Shown here: one piece after another, positions 17,430-24,039 of the stretch | Layout of the letters: each line of letters opens with the position of its first letter | Position numbering within the stretch: position 1 is the stretch's first letter | Assembly: GCA_030594585.1 (NCBI GenBank) | Contig: JAUVEX010000001.1 | Coordinates: 1-24,039 of the forward strand | From: an archaeon | GTDB lineage: Archaea; EX4484-52; B79-G9 | Direction: 5' to 3' | DNA: 24,039 nt | Notes under the pieces: generated by a model | Database searches by the model: none | What the model was told of the DNA's origin: nothing | The model's input: the letters and a program-made list of their open reading frames with translations, nothing else | Made by a program: the position numbers and the translations under genes

Positions 17430-17445
17430 TGGTTTATATAGTTTT
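17430..17445 (-). promoter_or_regulatory. Pilin promoter AAAACTATATAAACCA (copy 1)
   Basis: Contains TATATAAA. Identical over 16 bp to 19659-19674. Confidence 0.65.
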
Positions 17446-17460
17446 GGAATTTTGTTTTTA

Positions 17461-17475
17461 AGAAAGATATATATA
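17461..17475 (+). promoter_or_regulatory. BRE/TATA promoter (AGAAAG-ATATATATA) of the Cys-rich protein gene
   Basis: About 32 nt upstream of ATG17507, back-to-back with the pilin promoter. Confidence 0.55.
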
Positions 17476-17506
17476 CTACACACGACCCATAACAATTGTG
17501 GTTTTT

Positions 17507-19294
17507 ATGAAACGGATTTTTTTAGCAATTTTTGTCAGTTTTTTGATGATTGGCGGATTCGGAAATGCAATTGCTGTTGGGGATATTGATGGATACGAGA
17601 AAGTGTCTTATGTAGCTACTGTAACCGACTGGTCTTCTTACATTGAATCTGGTGTGCTTAATGATGGTGTGTATGATGCGAGGTATAAGGATGTAGGGGA
17701 GAAGGTGTCCTTAGGTGAAGGTGAGATAAAATGCATTTATCAAAATACGCCAGTTGCAACCTGGTGTTCTTATACATATAGTAAAACTACAACAAAGCTG
17801 TTGTTTTGGGATACTACAGATATAGCACTTTATAAAACACAATGTTCTAATGGCTGTGACGCTAAAACAGGCCTTTGCAAACCAGAAATAGCAGTGCCTG
17901 AAGGTTATAAATTATCTGTGGATTCTACCGCGAATAGGGTGTATCGCTGCGGAGAATGTTATGGTGAAGTGTATGACCCTACAGGACAGCCATGTTTTGG
18001 TTGGTTTAAAGATGGATCGGCAAGTGGGGTAGAACCAAATTCATTTGGTTATTTTTATTTAGGTTCTGATGATATACCTACGAATGTTTGTTTTCCTAGA
18101 ACGACTGATGTTTATTTTCGTATGGGTGACAGGAGCTCTCCGGATTATTCTGGAGACCAAAGGGTTGCTGGGGCTTATTTTTGCGACAGTTTCGGGCGTA
18201 CATATTATAAGCACTGCCCATATGGTTGTGCAAAGGATGGCGGGGGATGTGAGGGATTAAGTGAACCTCCAGTTGATATAATCCCTAAAACCAGAGCAGT
18301 GCCTGGAGGTTATACGCCATATGAGGATTCTGATGGCGCACAATATGTCTGCGGAGAAGGTGATGGAGAATTATTTGATTCTGCGGGGCAGCCATATTTT
18401 GGTTATTTTAGATACGATCACGAACAGATGAACTTCGTAAATTTTGATTTATGGGATGATTCGCTTGCGGATGCCGATATTTACATGGGTGCGGGCGAAG
18501 GTGACATATATGCCCTTTGTTCGATGAATGGAGATATTCCTGTGTCTAATGTGGCTGTCGGCAGTTCGACAACCTATATGAATTCACATCAACCGGGAGC
18601 TTACTTTTGCGATGGGGAAGGACAGATGTATTATAAACTATGTTCTGCCGGCTGCGACGATTACAATTTGGGTTATTGTGATGGTGATTCTGTAAATACG
18701 GAAACAGGCGATTCGGATGACGGGACAACAGGAACTGATGATGAAACCCAAACAGATTTAGACAGTTCAACTGAGGTTGCAGTTGACAGAATAACCTATG
18801 AAAACAAACCAGGGCTTTTTTACAAACACACAAGTGATTGTACTCATCCAGGCAATTATATTTGTGTGGAACGCGATAATAATGAAGATGTTTCTTTATT
18901 GTGGTATTGCAATCCAGCAGATGATAAAAAGTATTATATGATTTGTCCCACAGACAACTGCATGCCTCCGAATGGCATAAGCACGGTTGGGTATTGTGCT
19001 GCGGAAGCCCCCAGCATAACAGAAATTCCAAATATTGAATTTATTCTAGATACTGATGAAGCGATTATTGCTTTGGACTCAGCTGCAGGGGTTAATTCTG
19101 TTGCATATATGTTTGGGAATAAAGTTGGTTCAATATATGCCTGGAGTGATGATTGGTTCTGGTATGGCTGTAATGGTGGTACTTCATGTGATGTTATATT
19201 TCAATCAACCATGTTTGGGAGTAATCATTATATTGCAATAAAAGCATATGCTTTGAATGGAATACAAACAGAACGGATTCAGTTGATTGAATAG
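17507..19294 (+). CDS. Secreted Cys-rich repeat protein (adhesin-like)
   Basis: Signal peptide MKRIFLAIFVSFLMIGGFGNAIA, about 27 Cys, two ~130-aa internal repeats, a Asp/Thr-rich linker and no C-terminal TM helix. Confidence 0.8.
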   Translation: MKRIFLAIFVSFLMIGGFGNAIAVGDIDGYEKVSYVATVTDWSSYIESGVLNDGVYDARYKDVGEKVSLGEGEIKCIYQNTPVATWCSYTYSKTTTKLLFWDTTDIALYKTQCSNGCDAKTGLCKPEIAVPEGYKLSVDSTANRVYRCGECYGEVYDPTGQPCFGWFKDGSASGVEPNSFGYFYLGSDDIPTNVCFPRTTDVYFRMGDRSSPDYSGDQRVAGAYFCDSFGRTYYKHCPYGCAKDGGGCEGLSEPPVDIIPKTRAVPGGYTPYEDSDGAQYVCGEGDGELFDSAGQPYFGYFRYDHEQMNFVNFDLWDDSLADADIYMGAGEGDIYALCSMNGDIPVSNVAVGSSTTYMNSHQPGAYFCDGEGQMYYKLCSAGCDDYNLGYCDGDSVNTETGDSDDGTTGTDDETQTDLDSSTEVAVDRITYENKPGLFYKHTSDCTHPGNYICVERDNNEDVSLLWYCNPADDKKYYMICPTDNCMPPNGISTVGYCAAEAPSITEIPNIEFILDTDEAIIALDSAAGVNSVAYMFGNKVGSIYAWSDDWFWYGCNGGTSCDVIFQSTMFGSNHYIAIKAYALNGIQTERIQLIE

Positions 19295-19347
19295 TTGTTG
19301 GGAAAGGATATTGAAGTACCTCAATTACATCAAAATTTTATAATTTC

Positions 19348-19638
19348 TTAAAGAGCTGACGGTATTTCAGACTGCTCAACTGGTGGCGGCGTTGGATTAA
19401 ATAGTGCTTGTGCTTCACTGTTTGCGCTGCTTTCAGAAATGCTCGGGATGTTAGCTACATACACATCTGGTTTTGTGTCTTCGATTTTTTCACCCAGATT
19501 ATCTGTGGTCTCTTCGGTATTTTCTTTGAATGGATTTAATGAGTCATATACTGAAGAAAATATTATGGCGCCAACTATGATGGAAATCACGATAGTAAAT
19601 AGTATCGCCATTGTTGGGGTACCTATACCTTTTTTCAT
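19348..19638 (-). CDS. Small type IV pilin-like protein with a Pro/Ser-rich tail
   Basis: MKKG|IGTPTMAILFTIVISIIVGAIIF. ATG at 19638 is preferred over GTG19647. Confidence 0.75.
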   Translation of the reverse strand: MKKGIGTPTMAILFTIVISIIVGAIIFSSVYDSLNPFKENTEETTDNLGEKIEDTKPDVYVANIPSISESSANSEAQALFNPTPPPVEQSEIPSAL

Positions 19639-19658
19639 ACATTTCACTTTATTTTTGG

Positions 19659-19674
19659 TGGTTTATATAGTTTT
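19659..19674 (-). promoter_or_regulatory. Pilin promoter AAAACTATATAAACCA (copy 2)
   Basis: The TATA box ends about 24 nt before ATG19638. Identical to 17430-17445. Confidence 0.65.
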
Positions 19675-19690
19675 TAGGTCGATATACTGC

Positions 19691-21580
19691 TTAACAAGGT
19701 ATCCAATAGTCTGATGGGGGGTTTTTGCAACCGCATTTGTATCTTGTTACGCATGTTTCTGTGCAAGTTTCCGGATCCCCACTACATGTTTCCGTGCAGT
19801 CTTCGTAAGGGCAAGAATATCTACTGTAGCATCCATTCTCGCACTTTTTTCTTTGATATGTTACTGAAGTACTTCCGATATTATACCCATAACACTCATC
19901 AATTATGTCAAATGACGCGCGTGTTGTTTTTCCAAGAGGAACAAGACCTGTTTGTTCGTAGCATCCGTTTGTGGGTTTTGGTGTTGAGCATTTGTATGCG
20001 GAAATTCTTGTATCTGCGTAGAATGTGTTTTCCTGTGTTTTGTCTATGTTTGTCCATTCAGACGCTATAAGAACAGTTATGTTTTGAGGTGATTGAGTTG
20101 TTATTTTGTATTTTGTATCTGTTGCATTTACTATGATGGTATATATTAATCCATAGTTGTAGTCACATTCACCATAGCTTGTTCCAAATGTGCTTGTGCA
20201 GGTTGTAGTTGTTTTTCCGCATGATGAGCAATCATCGTTGCATTGGCAGCAAATGCCTGTGTTACCTTCGTTGTGGGCTATTTCTATTGCATTCCAGTAA
20301 TCATTCCAGTTGTTGGGTGTTGAAATAGTGTATGAAATATTGAACATAATCTCTTTAGCATTATGTTGTGCGTTTAGTGTTTGATTGAGTTTTGTTACTT
20401 CATATTCTAGAATATTTTTCATTTTTTGTTCAAAATAGGCCGTTGTGCCTATACTTTCTCCATTTTCGTCTTTTCCATATCTTGAAAGCAGTGTTCCACA
20501 GGTGGGAAGAGTTTTAATTCCGCAGCCGTCTTTCCAATATTTTATTTTGTCTGTTGTTTTTCGAATATTGTCTGTGAAGTTTGTTTCAATTGCATCATAT
20601 AATGCCTCATTTTTTATAACATCATCCCTTACAATATAATACAGCATCCAGTATCTTGCTTTTAGTGTATCGTTTATTGCACCAAAGTTCCATGATTCGA
20701 CTTCAGGGAGGTTCGCACCTGTAATTTTTGCGGTTATTCCTTCTTCAGGCATTGCAAAACCGGTTGCAAATCCATGAGTTAATTCATTTCCAAAAACCGC
20801 GTTTATATTTGAAACAGAAATAGTCTTGTCCGGTTCCCGGATTGCCTGCGCTTCCCGTAGATTGCTTGTCAAATAATTGTTTATGCTGTTTACAAAAACA
20901 TATTTATCTGATGTTCCTTTATATGGTGATGCCGCGATTGTTTTTATGTATGCGATATTTTCTCCACTTCCTTTGAATTTAAGTGTTCCGGCACCTGAAA
21001 GCTCAAAGAAGTGGGTTCCTGTTTCGTCGATTTCTGTTATGCCGTCTTCTATATTGCAGCCAGTACATGAGACGGTTACGGTTCCTTTTTTAAACATCCA
21101 TAGATTTACAAAAGCAGTTACTGGCGGACTGTTTGCGCTGTTTGGGTTTTGTATGGGTACATTAATTTCGCCAGTTCCGACAAGAGTATTTATGTCTTCA
21201 TAATATGTAAATGGTATTCTTTTTTGATTATTGTTATTGTCATCAACGAAATTCCATAGATATATTCCGTTTGAAAATTGAGGGGATTGGTCATTGCTGT
21301 CCTTTACGGATGCAGAAGAGATGCTATTCGGAACCCCCCCATGTTCGCCTAAGTGCGTTAGAGTATCTATAAGCCCTGCAAAAAGGGCGGTTCTTTCAAA
21401 AACAGAATTATATGTTGCGATGTCCCTGTCAAGAGAAGTTACAAAGTAATTTGAATATACCTCCTGAACTTCATTTGCGCCATAGCCCACCCACAACTGC
21501 ACGAAGTAAAGCGTTGTCATTACCATAAGGACTATTACAAGAAATCCGAGCACTGTTGAAAATTCGCCTTTTTTGTTCAT
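19691..21580 (-). CDS. Large class III signal-peptide protein (minor pilin / tip adhesin-like), Cys-rich C-terminus
   Basis: MNKKG|EFSTVLGFLVIVLMVMTTLYF. Has an LGEHGG motif, a CCQCNDDCSSC cluster and 10 Cys in the last 50 aa. Confidence 0.78.
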   Translation of the reverse strand: MNKKGEFSTVLGFLVIVLMVMTTLYFVQLWVGYGANEVQEVYSNYFVTSLDRDIATYNSVFERTALFAGLIDTLTHLGEHGGVPNSISSASVKDSNDQSPQFSNGIYLWNFVDDNNNNQKRIPFTYYEDINTLVGTGEINVPIQNPNSANSPPVTAFVNLWMFKKGTVTVSCTGCNIEDGITEIDETGTHFFELSGAGTLKFKGSGENIAYIKTIAASPYKGTSDKYVFVNSINNYLTSNLREAQAIREPDKTISVSNINAVFGNELTHGFATGFAMPEEGITAKITGANLPEVESWNFGAINDTLKARYWMLYYIVRDDVIKNEALYDAIETNFTDNIRKTTDKIKYWKDGCGIKTLPTCGTLLSRYGKDENGESIGTTAYFEQKMKNILEYEVTKLNQTLNAQHNAKEIMFNISYTISTPNNWNDYWNAIEIAHNEGNTGICCQCNDDCSSCGKTTTTCTSTFGTSYGECDYNYGLIYTIIVNATDTKYKITTQSPQNITVLIASEWTNIDKTQENTFYADTRISAYKCSTPKPTNGCYEQTGLVPLGKTTRASFDIIDECYGYNIGSTSVTYQRKKCENGCYSRYSCPYEDCTETCSGDPETCTETCVTRYKCGCKNPPSDYWIPC

Positions 21581-21585
21581 AATTA

Positions 21586-22089
21586 TCAATATTCCATAAA
21601 TAGTGTTATTTTTGCAATACTGTTATCATGTGTTGCAATTTGTGCTGTTTCTTTGTTTGTTGTTAATCCGAAGCTGCCAAGGTTCATTTTGATTGTGTTG
21701 TCTTTTTCTACTTTAAGATAATACTTATTTCTTCCGAGAGCTGTTTCATATGTAAAATCAATTGCATTGAAATAGGACATAAGACATGTTTCAACAGTCG
21801 TGGTTTCTTCAAGAGTGTTGTAAATTATTTCAATATCCTCATCAGCAGAAACTTCTTGTGCAAGCCCGAAAGATATTATTTCTGCGTTTGTAAATTTTGT
21901 TCCGGTGCATGTATTGTCATTAAGGAAAGCATAAAGCGCGGTATCTGCACTTGTTTCATTTCTTACATATTCTTTAGAGACGACAACACTTTTTCCAACA
22001 ATTAGTGCAAATGCGAGTGCTATAATACATACTGCAAAAAATATTACCATTAAAAGTGGCAGGGACATCTGCGCTTTTTTTTGTTTCAT
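21586..22089 (-). CDS. Type IV pilin-like (minor pilin) protein
   Basis: MKQKKA|QMSLPLLMVIFFAVCIIALAFALIV. GTGAT RBS. Confidence 0.78.
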   Translation of the reverse strand: MKQKKAQMSLPLLMVIFFAVCIIALAFALIVGKSVVVSKEYVRNETSADTALYAFLNDNTCTGTKFTNAEIISFGLAQEVSADEDIEIIYNTLEETTTVETCLMSYFNAIDFTYETALGRNKYYLKVEKDNTIKMNLGSFGLTTNKETAQIATHDNSIAKITLFMEY

Positions 22090-22113
22090 TTAATCACAGT
22101 TTTTACATTCATT

Positions 22114-22692
22114 TTAATGACCTAGCATAGGATATGAGGTATATTGGTTGCCGGATAGCACCCCCTCATATATTATGGGCTTTCTTGTGCCGAAACCATA
22201 TTTTATTATGGCGGGTGTTATTATTTTTCCTTTTTTTATAAGGGCTGTCCTTGTTTCTTGGAACCATCCTTCAGGGTATACATAATACATTTCTGAACTG
22301 TTGCCGAAAATCCATTGAGGTGTTGGTTCTCCTGAATCGTAGATTTCTACATAGTAATAGTACTCTTTTGTGTCTAAACAGATTTTATCCAATAATTCTG
22401 CATGGTTTGTATCGTATGTGACTGAATCCCTGTTGGTAATTGTGATGGCATTAGTTGCGCTGTCAAGTGCATCTGCATCAAGAGTGTTCAAAAGTGTTAG
22501 TCCCTGTGCATCTTTTGCGACAAAACAGGGGCTTTGGATAAACTCGTTTGTAAGATCAATCTCAAAGTCCCCAACTACATCAAGGCCGGTAACTGTTGTG
22601 TTAAACCATATGTTTTGGGCAAATACAATTGTTAAAAACCCGGCAAAAAAAATTATATACATCAAGGATGATACGGCTTCATTTATTTCCAT
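22114..22692 (-). CDS. N-terminally anchored pilin-cluster protein lacking a basic leader
   Basis: MEINEAVSSLMYIIFFAGFLTIVFA. An in-frame stop 6 codons upstream excludes a longer leader. First gene of the - strand operon. Confidence 0.72.
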   Translation of the reverse strand: MEINEAVSSLMYIIFFAGFLTIVFAQNIWFNTTVTGLDVVGDFEIDLTNEFIQSPCFVAKDAQGLTLLNTLDADALDSATNAITITNRDSVTYDTNHAELLDKICLDTKEYYYYVEIYDSGEPTPQWIFGNSSEMYYVYPEGWFQETRTALIKKGKIITPAIIKYGFGTRKPIIYEGVLSGNQYTSYPMLGH

Positions 22693-22695
22693 ATA

Positions 22696-22740
22696 ATTAC
22701 CTATAGATTACCTATAAAATATGATTACCTGAGATTACAT
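22696..22740. repeat. Four ATTAC(CT) direct repeats in the divergent promoter region
   Basis: ATTACCTATA at 22696, ATTACCTATA at 22707, ATTACCTGAG at 22724 and ATTACAT at 22734. Confidence 0.6.
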
Positions 22741-22840
22741 TGTTTTGCGACATTATATATGTTCGAGCATAGGTATTTATAAAGTTTGAAGAATATAGTT
22801 TTGTATCGAGATATCGAGATATGTTTTTGCTGGTGATTTA

Positions 22841-22990
22841 TTGAATGTAACAGTTATTTGTTCTAAATGTGACGGGCTTTTTGATTGGCGCTGGGGCAGA
22901 AGTAAAGGAGTATGTCAGCACTGTGATGCCATGCTGTCAATAAAAGATGTCAAGCTCGCCAAAGGCGAAATAGTTAAGCTATTTCAATGA
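22841..22990 (+). CDS. Zinc-ribbon microprotein (49 aa, not in the ORF track)
   Basis: GGTGAT RBS at 22832-22837, TTG start. Translates as MNVTVICSKCDGLFDWRWGRSKGVCQHCDAMLSIKDVKLAKGEIVKLFQ, i.e. CxxC-x14-CxxC. TATTTATAAA at 22774-22783 is a candidate TATA box. Confidence 0.7.
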   Translation: MNVTVICSKCDGLFDWRWGRSKGVCQHCDAMLSIKDVKLAKGEIVKLFQ

Positions 22991-23046
22991 TTCCTTTATA
23001 AATGAATTATCCTATAAATCTTACATAACAGTTATTGGGTGATTCT

Positions 23047-23655
23047 ATGGCTAAAAAGGATGTAAATGTTCAAAATATTGTTGTCTCAGGGGATAAACAC
23101 ACTATTGTTAAAAACGATATAAAAATTCAAAATATTGTTGTATCTGCGGATACACATACAAAATTTTCTTTAGAAATGCTTGCAGCAAATCTTGACGGTG
23201 CTGAATATGAGCCGGAATCTTTTCCGGGGCTTGTATATCGCGTTAAGGAACCAAAGGCATCCGCTCTTGTGTTTACAACAGGAAAGATAATCTGTTCCGG
23301 TGCAAAATCTTATGATTCTGCGAAAAAATCAATTGCCCAGGCATTGGAAGACTTCAAAAAAATAGGAATTGAGATTACTGGGAAAACAGATACGGCTATT
23401 GTAAATATTGTGGCTTCAGCAAACCTTGGCGTAAAGCTTGATTTGAATAAAATTGTGTTTGAGCTTGGTGAGTGCGAGTACGAGCCTGAACAATTTCCGG
23501 GTTTGGTATACCGGCATGACAAGCCAAAGGTTGTGTTTTTGATCTTTAATTCAGGCAAAGTTGTATGCACGGGCGCTACATGCGAGACAGATGTAGATAT
23601 TGCTGTTGACATGTTGAAAAAGAAGCTTGAAGATATTCACGCTGTAAGGAAATAA
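23047..23655 (+). CDS. tbp: TATA-box-binding protein
   Basis: GGTGAT RBS at 23038-23043. Two TBP repeats (NIVVS...YEPESFPGLVYR...FTTGKIICSGAKS and NIVAS...YEPEQFPGLVYR...FNSGKVVCTGA). Confidence 0.97.
   Translation: MAKKDVNVQNIVVSGDKHTIVKNDIKIQNIVVSADTHTKFSLEMLAANLDGAEYEPESFPGLVYRVKEPKASALVFTTGKIICSGAKSYDSAKKSIAQALEDFKKIGIEITGKTDTAIVNIVASANLGVKLDLNKIVFELGECEYEPEQFPGLVYRHDKPKVVFLIFNSGKVVCTGATCETDVDIAVDMLKKKLEDIHAVRK
23053..23160 (+). repeat. 57-nt (19-aa) tandem duplication at the TBP N-terminus
   Basis: TTCAAAATATTGTTGT is identical at 23069-23084 and 23126-23141. Protein: KKDVNVQNIVVSGDKHT / KNDIKIQNIVVSADTHT. Confidence 0.85.
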
Positions 23656-23738
23656 TATTTTTTGTTTCTTGACGGTTAAAATTTGTGGTTGGATATTAGA
23701 ACTACTTAGTTATTTTTTAGAATGTTTATGGTTTCTTA

Positions 23739-23981
23739 CTAATCACATGCAAAATCTACTTCATTTATTGTGCATTTGCATGGTTCATCCATACATATAG
23801 CGCATTGGGCCTCGCATATTGCTGCTTCTTCATAAGAAAGTCCGGTATCTGTTATTTTTGTATCTCCGGCATCAATAGAATTCATGACAGCGACGCCAAT
23901 AAGAGCTATTATTGCAAGAGCAATCACTATTGCGATTATCTTTTCCAATCCTCCGCCTGTTAAGTCTCCTTTGCGTTGCAC
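23739..23981 (-). CDS. Small type IV pilin-like protein, Cys-rich C-terminus
   Basis: GTG start at 23981 (alternatively 23990). MQRKG|DLTGGGLEKIIAIVIALAIIALIGVAVM, with 6 Cys in the C-terminal 25 aa. Confidence 0.72.
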   Translation of the reverse strand: MQRKGDLTGGGLEKIIAIVIALAIIALIGVAVMNSIDAGDTKITDTGLSYEEAAICEAQCAICMDEPCKCTINEVDFACD

Positions 23982-24002
23982 ATAAATCACGATATATTTT
24001 TA

Positions 24003-24038
24003 TCAATTACAGTCAGGTTTAGCTGCCAGGCAAGATTC
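24003..24038 (-). CDS. Possible 3' end of an upstream Cys-containing gene (truncated by the window edge)
   Basis: The open frame ...ESCLAAKPDCN* ends 13-22 nt before the pilin start. Too short to confirm. Confidence 0.3.
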   Translation of the reverse strand, partial: ESCLAAKPDCN

Positions 24039-24039
24039 T

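Noticed and set aside
17507-19294. Horizontal origin of the Cys-rich gene inferred from its composition
   Set aside because: By eye the GC content is similar to the flanks, there are no mobile-element ends, and codon bias could not be computed.
17507-21580. Diversity-generating retroelement target/template pair
   Set aside because: No reverse transcriptase and no ~100-bp repeat pair differing only at adenines were seen.
15053-22082. A8/T8 homopolymers as phase-variation switches
   Set aside because: All frames are intact, and such runs are expected in Lys/Phe codons at this AT content.
22696-22820. Short repeats as a mini-CRISPR or replication origin
   Set aside because: The units are 5-10 bp without spacers of constant length, there are no cas or orc1/cdc6 genes, and there is no ORB-like G-string.
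22821-22844. ATG at 22821 as the start of the microprotein
   Set aside because: It is in a different frame and stops after 7 codons. TTG22841 has the RBS and the CxxC motifs.
1438-23612. Numerous overlapping or antisense ORFs of 60-270 aa in the track (e.g. 14050-14868 -, 2558-3097 -, 5422-5913 -, 18546-19031 -)
   Set aside because: They are shadows of well-supported genes and have no recognisable motifs or RBS.
16864-23990. A complete type IV pilus or archaellum operon
   Set aside because: No PilB/FlaI ATPase, TadC/FlaJ platform, prepilin peptidase or archaellin motif is present in the window. Only the subunits are supported.

Overview
A 24-kb archaeal chromosomal window, most likely from a DPANN-type lineage. 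Evidence for this: an archaeal TBP, AMP phosphorylase, TATA/BRE promoters, GGTGA-type ribosome-binding sites, many class III signal peptides and Asn-sequon-rich surface proteins. It has three blocks. (1) 1-11326 (+): a cell-surface cluster. Three secreted beta-rich subunit-like genes are each followed by a membrane-anchored DUF916/PapD-like paralog. A transglutaminase-like Cys-His-Asp enzyme, a small winged-helix regulator, an 850-aa Ig-like surface protein and a cytoplasmic coiled-coil/jelly-roll protein are interspersed. (2) 11372-16833 (+): housekeeping genes, namely a predicted metallopeptidase, trkA-trkH, AMP phosphorylase and bacterial-type gpmI. (3) 16864-24039 (mostly -): a type IV pilin-like cluster with six class III signal-peptide genes. 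It is interrupted by a + strand Cys-rich repeat protein and by a + strand pair made of an unannotated Zn-ribbon microprotein and a TBP with a tandemly duplicated first beta-strand. No rRNA, tRNA, CRISPR, transposase or integrase was seen. All family assignments come from visual motif recognition, not database searches.
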